Positions 9,478-19,218 of a stretch of DNA of 64,000 bases are shown piece after piece. The notes beneath the pieces were generated by a model, which had not been told where the DNA came from, did not search any database, and saw nothing but the letters and a program-made list of their open reading frames with translations. Source of the stretch: Candidatus Omnitrophota bacterium (GTDB lineage: Bacteria > Omnitrophota > Gorgyraeia > Zapsychrales > Fredricksoniimonadaceae); NCBI GenBank assembly GCA_015228785.1, contig JADGCU010000002.1, positions 16,509 through 80,508 of the forward strand, read 5' to 3'. Made by a program: the position numbers and the translations under genes. Within the stretch, counting starts at the first letter, position 1. Each line of letters opens with the position of its first letter.

Positions 9478-9951
9478 ATGGCAGGTCAGGTTTATCTTAC
9501 GCGGGAAGGATATAATAAGCTCGCGGATCATTTGGAGTTCTTGAAGACAAAGGAACGTCAGCGCATTGCGCGTGCGATCGGGGAGGCGCGTGCGCAGGGG
9601 GATATTTCGGAGAATGCGGAATACGATGCGGCCAAGGATGCGCAGGCGCATAATGAGGCCCGGATCAATGAGGTGGAAGGCAAGCTCGTCGATGTCTGTT
9701 TTATTGAAGATATGAACATTCCTTCTGATAAGATCTTTATCGGTGCCAAGGTGCTTTTGAGGGACCTTGATATGAAGAAGGATGTTCGTTATATGCTGGT
9801 TTCATCTGAAGAGGCGGAGTTCGGGGAAGACCGTTTGTCTGTCTTCTCGCCGATTGGCCAGGGACTTCTCAAACACAAGGTTGGCGATGAGGTCACCATT
9901 ACCGTTCCTGCCGGGACTAAGTGTTTTAAGGTTCTTGATATTAAAAGGTAA
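9478..9951 (+). CDS. greA: Transcription elongation factor GreA
   Basis: N-terminal coiled-coil with the DISENAEYDAAKD motif and a C-terminal FKBP-like domain. Confidence 0.9.
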   Translation: MAGQVYLTREGYNKLADHLEFLKTKERQRIARAIGEARAQGDISENAEYDAAKDAQAHNEARINEVEGKLVDVCFIEDMNIPSDKIFIGAKVLLRDLDMKKDVRYMLVSSEEAEFGEDRLSVFSPIGQGLLKHKVGDEVTITVPAGTKCFKVLDIKR

Positions 9952-9982
9952 TTGATAAGAAGAAAAGTTTGAAAAATATGTA

Positions 9983-10018
9983 CCCCGGGCATTCTTTCGA
10001 GAGTGTCCGGGGTTTTTT
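9983..10018. terminator. Probable bidirectional terminator between convergent genes
   Basis: Stem CCCCGG…CCGGGG followed by TTTTTT on +, and T-rich on the minus strand too. Confidence 0.45.
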
Positions 10019-10068
10019 AATGAGGGAGCACTATTGTTTGGTAGCTTATTTAGCAAGCGGGGTGCTTA

Positions 10069-11397
10069 TTAAAGGATCGCGAGAAAGATCCAGAAGAGTA
10101 TTGTCGGGATGATCGCGAAAAGAATTCTGTTCATTGTCATGCTGAGCCACCAGACGATCTCAAAGAAGGTGTTTATCCAGTAGACGCCGAAAATAACCGC
10201 GAGATATGTCATAAGGATCACGGGGATGATCCATCGCCCTGCGGTGAGAGATCTCCGCCAGCTTAAGAGAAGCCCTCCTGCTGCAAGAAGCCATAGCCCG
10301 TTCCATTTGGGGGTGATAATTTCTTTACTAAAGAAGACAAAGACTGCGGCGAGTCGTTCTAGGCTTGTTGGTTTTTGCGAAGATGTGAGTCCGTTGATCA
10401 GGGTATGGCTATTGGGAGCAAAGAAGATTTGGAAGATGCCGCTGACCATGAAGGCGAGTATGGTCGTCATCATGAGTGACCAGGCGAAGGGCGTAAGCCT
10501 TTTGCGGTGCTCCTTGTGGATGAGGAGAGCAAGACTGAGCCCGCTTAGGGTGATGATGGAAAGGACGAGCCCTTCGCTCTTTGTGAAACTTAAGAATCCC
10601 AGGGCGATTAGGGCAATCTTGAGAAAGCCGCTGTCTGGGCGTTGTAGGTATAGAAAAAAGGAGACGATCCCCAAGAGAAAGAATGTGCCGACTAGAAGGT
10701 CGCTGTATTGGCTTGAGGCAAGCTGGATGTTAAAAAAGATCGACAAGAGCCACGCCGGTGCCAGGATGGCGAGGAATCTGTTTGTGAGCTCTTTGAGCGA
10801 GAAAAAGAGAATCCCGGCCGAGAGGAAGGTAATGAGGCATGATATAAAAAGAGGCACATTCGGTTCCGGCGAAGAGCCAAAAGACCAGAGCCAGGTGTTT
10901 ATTAAGGGAAGCATGAGAGGGTAGGCGGTATTGCTGCGCCACAGGACGGGGTCAAACATGTTTCGCCAGGAGTCGCCACCCATGAAAAGCATCCGTGCTT
11001 TGAGATTCCAGCATGACCAGGCATCCCATCCGCCGTAAGGAAAAAGCTGGGCGTGGAGAAAGACGGGGATGATCAAGAGCCCAAGGATCGCAAGGGCAGC
11101 GCCATCTTGGAGGGTGATCTCCTTCCAGGGCAGGAGCGGATCTTTGGGGGAAGATGTACGTAAAGCGCAAAAGGCTAATGCGATGAGAGCAAGGATATTG
11201 AGGCTTATGATGTAGGGGGCAATCAGACGGTTAAAAAAGAGAAAACTGGTGAAGGTGAGTTGAGCGCTCAGGGCAAGTCCGAACAGAAATCCAGTTAGGA
11301 TCATCCATGCGAGTTTTGGTCGTCCAGGGCCAAGGAGCAGGCGAAGAAGACAGTAGCCTTGAGCCAGGGATATAAGGGCACCCAGGAAATATGTCAT
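10069..11397 (-). CDS. Polytopic integral membrane protein (442 aa), possibly a GT-C-type glycosyltransferase or polymerase-like protein
   Basis: Roughly 12 predicted TM helices with aromatic-rich loops. No firm family assignment. Confidence 0.55.
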   Translation of the reverse strand: MTYFLGALISLAQGYCLLRLLLGPGRPKLAWMILTGFLFGLALSAQLTFTSFLFFNRLIAPYIISLNILALIALAFCALRTSSPKDPLLPWKEITLQDGAALAILGLLIIPVFLHAQLFPYGGWDAWSCWNLKARMLFMGGDSWRNMFDPVLWRSNTAYPLMLPLINTWLWSFGSSPEPNVPLFISCLITFLSAGILFFSLKELTNRFLAILAPAWLLSIFFNIQLASSQYSDLLVGTFFLLGIVSFFLYLQRPDSGFLKIALIALGFLSFTKSEGLVLSIITLSGLSLALLIHKEHRKRLTPFAWSLMMTTILAFMVSGIFQIFFAPNSHTLINGLTSSQKPTSLERLAAVFVFFSKEIITPKWNGLWLLAAGGLLLSWRRSLTAGRWIIPVILMTYLAVIFGVYWINTFFEIVWWLSMTMNRILFAIIPTILFWIFLAIL

Positions 11398-11822
11398 GGC
11401 ATGTCCCTTTCCGCGATGATGATCCCCGTGTTACTGCGTTTGATGGGGCGGATGTTGAATTTCATCATGATATTAGTTGCGTTCCGTTCATCTTGGCAGT
11501 CTAGAATGAGAAAACGATGATTTAAATTGTTCAAATCCAGGATAATAGGTGCCATGCCCAATTGGGTTTGGGCGAATTGCGCGCCGATGTTTTTGTCATC
11601 GATATTACGATCAGAAATATAACCAATGACCCGTTCACCTTTAAAAAGGAACTTGATCATTTCAAATGGTTTTCCAGCAAAGACAAAGGGCTGATTCCGG
11701 CGTTTCGCAGAGAGGATGGTGAGATCATGATATGCTAGAAAAAGTCCTACCAGAATGGCAAGGGCGATGGCCGAGAGGATAATTTTGGATTTCCAAGGAA
11801 GAGGAGTGCGTGTTTGATCCAT
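11394..11822 (-). CDS. Membrane-anchored hypothetical protein (142 aa)
   Basis: N-terminal TM helix. Its stop overlaps the downstream gene start (ATGA), suggesting translational coupling. Confidence 0.45.
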   Translation of the reverse strand: MDQTRTPLPWKSKIILSAIALAILVGLFLAYHDLTILSAKRRNQPFVFAGKPFEMIKFLFKGERVIGYISDRNIDDKNIGAQFAQTQLGMAPIILDLNNLNHRFLILDCQDERNATNIMMKFNIRPIKRSNTGIIIAERDMP

Positions 11823-11997
11823 AATGACGCCATTGTAAAGACCTCAAGGGTTGTTTTCAATTGAAAAATGATGACAATTAAAAGAAAGACTTAATACAAA
11901 ATAAAATCTTCCTGATTTTCAACGTCGCCTATATAATAAGGGCAATTTTATTCTGCAAAAGAAAGTTATATTTGTAATGGTATAAAGGAGGTTTTCC

Positions 11998-13011
11998 TTG
12001 ATTTCAGTAGGCGTAATCGGTTGTGGTCATTGGGGCCCTAATCATATTCGTGTCTTTTCTCAACTTCCTAATGCCCAGTGTATGATGGCTGCGGATCTTG
12101 ATGAAGGTCGACTCAAGGCCGTGAAGGCGCTCTATCCTTCCGTTGTGACAACAACGTCGTATAAGGATATCCTGGCGAGTAAAGAGATCGAGGCTGTCTG
12201 TATCGCGGCGCCTACAAAACTTCATTTTCAGTTTGCAAAAGAAGCGCTTGAGGCGCGCAAGCATGTTCTGTGTGAGAAGCCGTTGGCGATGCTTCCTGAG
12301 GAATGTCTGGAGCTGGGGGAGATCGCCAAGAAGGCAGGGCGGTTTCTCATGGTTGGGCATGTTTTTCTATTTAACGCAGGTATTCGCTGGGTGAAGGAAT
12401 ATATTGATTCCGGAGAGATGGGGAAGATCTATTACACTCATTCCGAGCGTACGAATCTTGGGCCATTTCGTTATGATGTCAATGCGCTTTGGGATCTCGC
12501 GCCGCATGATATTGCGATCTTTGATTATATTTTGAGTGGGTCCGCGCAGAGCGCTTCCGCACGAGGGCTTAAATGCCTGGGGAACAATCTTGAGGATCTG
12601 GCTTTTGCGACACTTGATTATCCGAGTGGAAATCTGGCCAATATTCATGTGAGTTGGATTGATCCGCGCAAGGTTCGTCAGATCACGATTGTGGGCGAGA
12701 AGAAAATGCTGGTGTGGGATGATCTGGATCCTTTGGGGGCGGTCCGGGTTTATGATAAACACGTCGAGCGTACGACAAAGTTTTATGAGACATACGGCGA
12801 GTTCCAGCTCTTATCACGCGAGGGAGCGATTACGATCCCCAAGATCAGCTCGCAGGAACCTTTGAAAGCGCAGGGGCAGTATTTCATTGATTGTATTGAA
12901 AAAGGATTACCGCCCCAGTTGGCAGATGCGGATAAGGCGGCTTCGGTTGTAAAGACCTTGTGCGCGATTCAAAAGTCTATGGATCATCAGGGGGCTTTGG
13001 CGGTAATTTAA
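11998..13011 (+). CDS. Gfo/Idh/MocA-family NAD(P)-dependent sugar oxidoreductase (WbpB / UDP-GlcNAc 3-dehydrogenase-like)
   Basis: Rossmann motif VGVIGCGHWG and the conserved EKP motif. TTG start with RBS AAGGAGG. Confidence 0.75.
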   Translation: MISVGVIGCGHWGPNHIRVFSQLPNAQCMMAADLDEGRLKAVKALYPSVVTTTSYKDILASKEIEAVCIAAPTKLHFQFAKEALEARKHVLCEKPLAMLPEECLELGEIAKKAGRFLMVGHVFLFNAGIRWVKEYIDSGEMGKIYYTHSERTNLGPFRYDVNALWDLAPHDIAIFDYILSGSAQSASARGLKCLGNNLEDLAFATLDYPSGNLANIHVSWIDPRKVRQITIVGEKKMLVWDDLDPLGAVRVYDKHVERTTKFYETYGEFQLLSREGAITIPKISSQEPLKAQGQYFIDCIEKGLPPQLADADKAASVVKTLCAIQKSMDHQGALAVI

Positions 13012-13013
13012 AG

Positions 13014-13583
13014 ATGGCTTATTTTAAACACGAAACAGCATTGGTGGATTCTGGTGCGCAGATTGGTGACGGGACGCGGATATGGGCGTTTGTCAACATT
13101 CAAAAAGGTGTTGTGATTGGTAAGAATTGCAATATTTGCGACCATTGTTTTATTGAAAAGAATGTTATTATCGGCGATAAGGTGACGATCAAGAATGGTG
13201 TCTCGGTGTATGAGGGTATTACACTTGAGGAAGGTGTTTTTGTGGGACCTAACGCCACCTTTGTTAACGATCGCTATCCGCGCAGCCGCAATCCCAGTTG
13301 GGAGCTTGAGAAGTCGATTGTGAAGAAGGGCGCTACGATTGGCGCGAACTCGACGATCATGTGCGGGGTCATGGTGGGGTCGTATGCTGTGGTGGGGGCT
13401 GGGGCGGTTGTTGTGACAGATGTGCCAGCGCATGCGATCTTGGTGGGCAATCCTGCGCGTCAGATCGGCTGGGCCGATCAGGATGGAAAGCGCCTTAATG
13501 AACAATTACAGGGTCCTTCTGGCCGGAGATATCACGAGACCCCCAGCGGTCTTCAACTGATTGAAGGTCACGTTCATGGCTAA
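13014..13583 (+). CDS. Hexapeptide-repeat (left-handed beta-helix) sugar N-acetyltransferase (WbpD/WlbB/PglD-like)
   Basis: Repeated [LIV]G hexapeptide motifs. Start is adjacent to the oxidoreductase stop. Confidence 0.75.
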   Translation: MAYFKHETALVDSGAQIGDGTRIWAFVNIQKGVVIGKNCNICDHCFIEKNVIIGDKVTIKNGVSVYEGITLEEGVFVGPNATFVNDRYPRSRNPSWELEKSIVKKGATIGANSTIMCGVMVGSYAVVGAGAVVVTDVPAHAILVGNPARQIGWADQDGKRLNEQLQGPSGRRYHETPSGLQLIEGHVHG

Positions 13584-14307
13584 GATTCTTGTCATGGTTC
13601 CTGCCTTTAACGAGCATGTTAAACTAAAGAACACCATCGACCGATTTTTGAAAAGTTCGACTGCTCAGATAGCAGATTATCTGATTGTGGATGATTGTTC
13701 GACCGATGGGACGACCGCGCTTATTAAGAGTTATGAAGTTCGCGGGGTCAAGACGATCCGGCATGAGAAGCGTTCTGGTGTGGGATCTGGTATTCGAAGC
13801 GCCATCACGTACGCCCGTCATAAGGGCTATGAGATTCTTATTGTTATGGCCGGCAATGATAAGGACAATCCGGATGAGATCCCTCATGTTCTAGATCCGA
13901 TTTTGAAAGACGGGTATGATTTCGTTCAGGGTTCCCGCTATAAGGGCAAGGTGGGGACAGGGGGCGACATGCCGTTTTATCGTAAATTAGCTACCCGGAT
14001 GCATCCATTCTTGATGGGCTTGTTTGCCGGTCGCCATTTGACTGATAGTACTAATGGATTTCGGGCATTTAGGCTTTCGATCTTTAATGATTCGAGAATT
14101 AATATTGATCAGGATTGGCTGAATGCTTATGAGCTCGAGCCATATATTTTGTTTAAAGTGATTCGTTTAGGGTATAAGTTTACAGAGGTATTTGTCACAA
14201 AAGTGTATCCGTCGAAGAAATTAGGATATACGAAGATGGCTCCTGTCACTGGGTGGTGGAGTATTCTCAAGCCTGTGTTTTATTTGGGCTTGGGGATAAA
14301 GAAGTGA
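13576..14307 (+). CDS. Family 2 glycosyltransferase, polyprenol-phosphate sugar synthase (Ppm1/DPM1-like)
   Basis: LVMVPAFNE … LIVDDCSTDGT is the GT2 DxD context. The ~245-aa length with no C-terminal TM helices is typical of DPM1-like enzymes. Confidence 0.7.
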   Translation: MAKILVMVPAFNEHVKLKNTIDRFLKSSTAQIADYLIVDDCSTDGTTALIKSYEVRGVKTIRHEKRSGVGSGIRSAITYARHKGYEILIVMAGNDKDNPDEIPHVLDPILKDGYDFVQGSRYKGKVGTGGDMPFYRKLATRMHPFLMGLFAGRHLTDSTNGFRAFRLSIFNDSRINIDQDWLNAYELEPYILFKVIRLGYKFTEVFVTKVYPSKKLGYTKMAPVTGWWSILKPVFYLGLGIKK

Positions 14308-14313
14308 GAAGAT

Positions 14314-14814
14314 ATGGAGATTCCCGGCCAGGATTTTATCCCGGAGTGTAGTAAGCACAAGTTGGGAAAGAGCTGTAAAGCCTTTACTGCTTTCGAAATG
14401 GTAGCCTGTTTTTTTGTGATAACGTTATTGATTGGCCTCCCAGCCTTGAGGGTCAAAGTGATTCAGGATGAGGCGCGTATTATTAAGGTCAAGGCAGATT
14501 TGAAGGCCATGGCCGTAGCTTTTCAGTTCTACAAGAGGGATCATGGAGGGGTTTGGCCTAGGAATCTGGATGATGATTTTGCTCATTATCAAGTGAAATG
14601 GTTGATTGAGATGCCAAAGGATCCCTTTAATAATCACGATAATTATGCTTATTACAGGAACCCTAGAGGTCATTATATTTTATGGTCTCTCGGGGTTAAA
14701 GGGGATGGCCGTATTATTTCTTTTGATCAAGGTGAGGGCGTTCAGGTTTCTGGGGGAATTATTTGTATGACTGATTATGATCCTGGGAGAGACGCAGGAT
14801 GCATGGTATTTTAA
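14314..14814 (+). CDS. GspG-like type II secretion pseudopilin / type IV pilin-like protein with an atypical leader
   Basis: Prepilin-like segment KAFTAFEMV followed by a hydrophobic helix. GspG-like body (…YKRDHGGVWP…KDPFNNHDNYAYY…SLGVKGDG). Confidence 0.55.
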   Translation: MEIPGQDFIPECSKHKLGKSCKAFTAFEMVACFFVITLLIGLPALRVKVIQDEARIIKVKADLKAMAVAFQFYKRDHGGVWPRNLDDDFAHYQVKWLIEMPKDPFNNHDNYAYYRNPRGHYILWSLGVKGDGRIISFDQGEGVQVSGGIICMTDYDPGRDAGCMVF

Positions 14815-14839
14815 TTTGAATTAAGGAATGGTGGGATTA

Positions 14840-15574
14840 ATGAAGATTTACGGTAAGAATCCAGTGCTCGAGAGGCTCAAGTCGAATCCGCAAAGTATTA
14901 AGCGTATTTTCGTTCAGGCTGGGCATCCGGAGCATAGCTATATTGCTCTCAAAGCGAAGAAGTATGGGATTCCGATTATTGTGAGCCATGCGCATCAATT
15001 GCTCAAGGTGGGCAAGAGCCGTAATACGCAGGGACTTGTCATGGATGTCGAGGATTTTTCTTATAGCAATTATGAGGAACTTCTTGATGTCGCGGTTGAG
15101 CAGGGCTTGATCCTTATTTTTCTTGATGGCCTGATGGATCCTCAGAATTTGGGTGGAATTCTTCGCACGGTTGGAAGTCTTGGGGGATTTGCGGTGATAC
15201 TTCCGACACATGATTCCGTTGAGGTGACTGACACGGTGTTGAGGGTTGCCTGCGGAGGGGAGAATCACACCAAGGTTAGCAAAGTTAACAATCTTAATAA
15301 TGCGCTGGAGAAGGCTAAAGATAAGGGATTTACCATCGCCGGGAGTGTTGTGAAAGACGGTGTCAGTATTTATGATGCTGTTCTTCCTTTTCCTTTGGGG
15401 ATTGTCATTGGTTCTGAAGATAAGGGGATCCGAGATATTGTTCAGCAGAGACTGGATCTAAAATTAACTATACCTATGGCGCAGCCGAGAATGTCGCTGA
15501 ATGCTGCGCACGCAACCACAATTTTCTCTTATGAAGCCATTAAACAAAAGAAGATCCAAAACAAAAAACGCTGA
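14840..15574 (+). CDS. rlmB: SpoU/TrmH-family rRNA 2'-O-methyltransferase (RlmB-like)
   Basis: SpoU motifs LDGLMDPQNLGGILRT and IVIGSEDKGI. Confidence 0.75.
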   Translation: MKIYGKNPVLERLKSNPQSIKRIFVQAGHPEHSYIALKAKKYGIPIIVSHAHQLLKVGKSRNTQGLVMDVEDFSYSNYEELLDVAVEQGLILIFLDGLMDPQNLGGILRTVGSLGGFAVILPTHDSVEVTDTVLRVACGGENHTKVSKVNNLNNALEKAKDKGFTIAGSVVKDGVSIYDAVLPFPLGIVIGSEDKGIRDIVQQRLDLKLTIPMAQPRMSLNAAHATTIFSYEAIKQKKIQNKKR

Positions 15575-16145
15575 AAGCCGCTCGGCACTTGATTTCTTCG
15601 CTGAGGCCGGTCTTCTCAAGCGCGTTAAGCGTAGCGGCTGGTGGGTCGCTGGGATTCCCGACCCGGAGAGCGTTGCTGACCACTGTTTTCGCTGTGCGGT
15701 CATTGGTTTTTATATGGCCCATGAAGAGGGGGCGGATCCCTATCGGGTTCTTGCGATGACACTCTTTAATGATATCCATGAGGCCAGGATCAACGATCTT
15801 CATAAGATGGGGCATTATTATATTGATTTCAAGGCCGCGGAGAAACGTGTTTTCAAGGATCAAGTCGCGCCGCTGACAAGCAAGGTTCGTTTGGCTTTGG
15901 AGGATATTCGTGGCGATTATGACACGCAGAAAACACATGAGGCGATCATTGCGCGTGATGCGGATATTTTGGAATGTCTGGTTCAGGCTAAGGAGTATAT
16001 GGACCATGGCGATAAGGTTGCTGTGAAGTTTCTTCGCCGGGCACCGGGATTTCTGAAGACCAGGACGGCCCAAAAACTTTGGAAGGCCCTTCAGACATGG
16101 GATTCGACCGTTTGGTGGGAAAATGTGGTAAAATTTGAAAGATGA
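15531..16145 (+). CDS. HD-superfamily hydrolase, YfbR-like 5'-deoxynucleotidase family
   Basis: LKRVKRSGW … ESVADHCFR is the YfbR-like signature. The start is uncertain (ATG 15501 or 15531; it overlaps the upstream gene). Confidence 0.65.
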   Translation: MKPLNKRRSKTKNAESRSALDFFAEAGLLKRVKRSGWWVAGIPDPESVADHCFRCAVIGFYMAHEEGADPYRVLAMTLFNDIHEARINDLHKMGHYYIDFKAAEKRVFKDQVAPLTSKVRLALEDIRGDYDTQKTHEAIIARDADILECLVQAKEYMDHGDKVAVKFLRRAPGFLKTRTAQKLWKALQTWDSTVWWENVVKFER

Positions 16146-16969
16146 TTAAACACACAAGGCGCGAGGCGCGAGACTTTATAATCGGGAAAAGGCGTATCTT
16201 TTGGGCACAGCGATGGATTTTATCCTGGGCTCTGTGTGTTGTGCTTTGCGCTTTCTTATCCGGTTGTGCGACGATCAATCCTGCGACGGGGAAGCAGGAA
16301 TTTCTTATTTTGACTACTCCTGCTGAGGTCATGCTTGGTCAGGAGGTCAATGCTTCTCTTCAGGGAAGTGAGAAATTCTCTAAGAATAAGGCGGATTTGA
16401 GACGGCTGTCGAGGATTGGCCAGAAAGTTGTTCAGGTTTCTGATCGGCAGGATTATCAGTATCAGTTTTATCTTATTGATAAAGATGAGATGAATGCTTT
16501 TACTGTTCCGGGCGGGCATGTTTATTTTTATACGGGTCTTCTTCGGGCGCTTCATAGTGATGATGAGGTCGCCGCGGTTCTGGCACATGAGATCGGGCAC
16601 TGTGCGGCGCATCATGTTGCCAAGAAATTCCAGATGTCGTTAGGGTATAATATTATTGGCAGCATGGTCTTTGGGAGCATACAGAACGAATTGGCAGTGC
16701 GTATTGCGAAACTGGGGGCGGATACGCTGATGAATATTGGGATGTCTGCGTACAGTCGTGAAGATGAGTATCAAGCTGACCGGCTGGGGGTTAAGTATAT
16801 GTATCTCGCTGGTTTTGACCCCAACGGCATGATTACAACTTTTGAGGTTCTGGGTAAGGCCTCCAAAGGGGATGACAATGACTGGATGCTGTTGCGATCT
16901 CATCCCAGGTTGAGTGATAGAATTGAGGCTGTTAAGAAAGAGATTGCAGTCGTTCAGACTAAATATTAG
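16142..16969 (+). CDS. M48-family zinc metallopeptidase lipoprotein
   Basis: Lipobox LSGC, HEIGH zinc motif (AHEIGHCAAHH) and a downstream E. Confidence 0.75.
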   Translation: MIKHTRREARDFIIGKRRIFWAQRWILSWALCVVLCAFLSGCATINPATGKQEFLILTTPAEVMLGQEVNASLQGSEKFSKNKADLRRLSRIGQKVVQVSDRQDYQYQFYLIDKDEMNAFTVPGGHVYFYTGLLRALHSDDEVAAVLAHEIGHCAAHHVAKKFQMSLGYNIIGSMVFGSIQNELAVRIAKLGADTLMNIGMSAYSREDEYQADRLGVKYMYLAGFDPNGMITTFEVLGKASKGDDNDWMLLRSHPRLSDRIEAVKKEIAVVQTKY

Positions 16970-16999
16970 AATTCAGTATTGTAGGAGGATGAAAAGAGG

Positions 17000-17287
17000 A
17001 TGAAAAGGATCGGAATTGCGGCCAGTAAGATGGCTCAGGAGAATATTGCGCTTTATAATTTTTATGTTTTTCTTCTGGCGAGCATTTTTTCTCTTCTTGT
17101 ATTTGTTTTGTCAGGATTTTCTTTGTTGATTGGTTTTATGATTTTATCTTTTGTCAGCAAGGGGTTTGTTGTTTTTGAAGGGCCGACAGGATTCTCCCCG
17201 ACGTTTACGATTTGTATGGCGGCTCTTGCGGTTGTGGTCGGTGTTATGAACATTGTTGCTATCAGCATGAATATCAGGTTGAAATAA
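17000..17287 (+). CDS. Small hypothetical membrane protein (95 aa)
   Basis: Strong RBS GGAGGA and three predicted TM helices. Its stop lies 2 nt before the kinase start. Confidence 0.45.
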   Translation: MKRIGIAASKMAQENIALYNFYVFLLASIFSLLVFVLSGFSLLIGFMILSFVSKGFVVFEGPTGFSPTFTICMAALAVVVGVMNIVAISMNIRLK

Positions 17288-17289
17288 TT

Positions 17290-19218
17290 ATGTCATTTAC
17301 AGATAAATTTATTGATTCGTTGAAGATTGGGATCTGCCGCACGACTTTTGGCAAAAGGGTGGAATTCGTCTCTGTCAATACGACTTTGGTTGATCTTTTA
17401 CAATATCGTCGGGCTGAATTGATCGGTATGAAGATAGCCGATGTTTTTGCAGACCCTAAGAAGTTCCGGGAGATTTGGACACGACTTCAGGATTCGCCTT
17501 CTCTCGAGGGTGTCGAGGTGGTCCTCAAAAGGAAGAAAGATGGCGATCTGTGGACTGCGATGTCTATTACTGTCGAGAACGATCCGCAGGGGCGGCCGCA
17601 ATATCTTGATATCGTTATTGAGGATATTACGCGGCAGAAAGAAGTCGAGAATGATCTTGTCCGGTCGAAAGAACTCTTCAAGGTGATTTTTGATAATACC
17701 GCTGCGGCGATCACGGTGACTGATCATTCAGAGAAGATCGTGGCATGGAATCCTTTTGCCGAACAGATGCTGGAGATGCGACGGGAAGATCTTTTTAATA
17801 AACCGATCGAATCTTTATATCCTGACGAGGAGTGGCGTAAGTTTAGAAAGCTTAAGATCCGCCAGAAGGGGATTGTTTCGGGGATTGTGACGCAGGTTTA
17901 CAAGAAAGATCGCTCACTTTTGGATGTGGATGCGGCTATTTCCGTTTTGAAGGATGCCGAAGGAAAGGTGATCGGATCTATCGGGATTTTGCGTGACATC
18001 AGCAAGCAAAAGCAAATTCAGGAAATGTTGTTGCAGGCCAAGCTTGCTGCTGAGGAGGCGAATAGTTCTAAGAGTATTTTTCTTGCCAAGATGTCGCATG
18101 AACTCCGTACGCCGATGAATGCGGTTTTAGGGATGCTTGATTTGACGCTGGATACTCAGATGACCGATGAACAGCGGGATAATTTGAAGGTTGCTAAAGA
18201 GGCGGCTTCGAATTTGCTGGGGCTTTTAAATGATATTCTTGATCTTTCTAAAGCTGAGGCCGGAAAGATTTCGATTGAGTCCATTGAGATCAGTCCGCGG
18301 GAAATCATCCGCAGTGTCTGGAAGGGGCTCATGGTGCTGACATCGCATAAGGGAATCGAGTTGCGGTATACTGTTTCTGATGATGTGCCGAATCTCATGA
18401 TGGGTGATCCGGTTCGCCTTCGTCAGGTCGTGATTAATTTGATTAATAATGCGATTAAGTTTACGCATAAGGGTTACGTTGAGATGGGGCTTAAGGTTCT
18501 TTCGAAGAAAGAAGATGAGTGCGAGCTTTTATTCTTTGTGAAAGATACGGGGATCGGGATTCCCAAAGACAAGATAGGGTTTTTATTCGAGTTGTTTACT
18601 CAGGTCGATGCGGGGACTGCTCGTCGTTATGGCGGGACAGGGTTGGGTCTGGCGATTTCGAAGAAACTGGTCGAAATGATGGGGGGGCGTATTTGGGTTG
18701 AAAGTGACGAAGGAAAGGGCAGCACGTTTAATTTTGTTCTAACGTTACCTATCAGCAAAAGAGTGCCGGGAGGATCTTCTGGCGAGGGGGCGGTTGGCTT
18801 GGGAGATGTGCTGGCAACAGGTGATGGGTTGGGTAGGATCCGGATCCTGCTTGCGGAAGATAATGTTGTGAATCAGAAGGTAGCCTCTCGCACCCTTGAA
18901 AAGCGTGGTTGGGAGGTTGTCATAGCGAATAACGGGCACGAGGCGATTGATCTTTTGGGGAAGAGTCATTTTGATGTGGTTCTTATGGATGATCATATGC
19001 CTGAGATGACCGGGATTGAGGCAACCGCTATGATTCGAAATGAGGAGAAACAGACGGGTCTTCATGTGCCGATCATTGCGATGACCGCGAATGCGATGTC
19101 AGGCGATCGGGAAAAGTATTTATCTTTGGGTATGGATGAGTATATTTCAAAGCCCTTTGATCGGGCGGTTTTGTTTCAGACTATTATTAATCTTGTACAG
19201 CAAAGGAAGTCTTCATGA
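17290..19218 (+). CDS. Hybrid sensor histidine kinase (PAS-PAS-HisKA-HATPase-REC)
   Basis: H-box MSHELRTPMN, N/G boxes (NNAIKFT, GGTGLGL) and a C-terminal receiver domain (LLAEDN…LMDDHMPEMTG). Confidence 0.85.
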   Translation: MSFTDKFIDSLKIGICRTTFGKRVEFVSVNTTLVDLLQYRRAELIGMKIADVFADPKKFREIWTRLQDSPSLEGVEVVLKRKKDGDLWTAMSITVENDPQGRPQYLDIVIEDITRQKEVENDLVRSKELFKVIFDNTAAAITVTDHSEKIVAWNPFAEQMLEMRREDLFNKPIESLYPDEEWRKFRKLKIRQKGIVSGIVTQVYKKDRSLLDVDAAISVLKDAEGKVIGSIGILRDISKQKQIQEMLLQAKLAAEEANSSKSIFLAKMSHELRTPMNAVLGMLDLTLDTQMTDEQRDNLKVAKEAASNLLGLLNDILDLSKAEAGKISIESIEISPREIIRSVWKGLMVLTSHKGIELRYTVSDDVPNLMMGDPVRLRQVVINLINNAIKFTHKGYVEMGLKVLSKKEDECELLFFVKDTGIGIPKDKIGFLFELFTQVDAGTARRYGGTGLGLAISKKLVEMMGGRIWVESDEGKGSTFNFVLTLPISKRVPGGSSGEGAVGLGDVLATGDGLGRIRILLAEDNVVNQKVASRTLEKRGWEVVIANNGHEAIDLLGKSHFDVVLMDDHMPEMTGIEATAMIRNEEKQTGLHVPIIAMTANAMSGDREKYLSLGMDEYISKPFDRAVLFQTIINLVQQRKSS

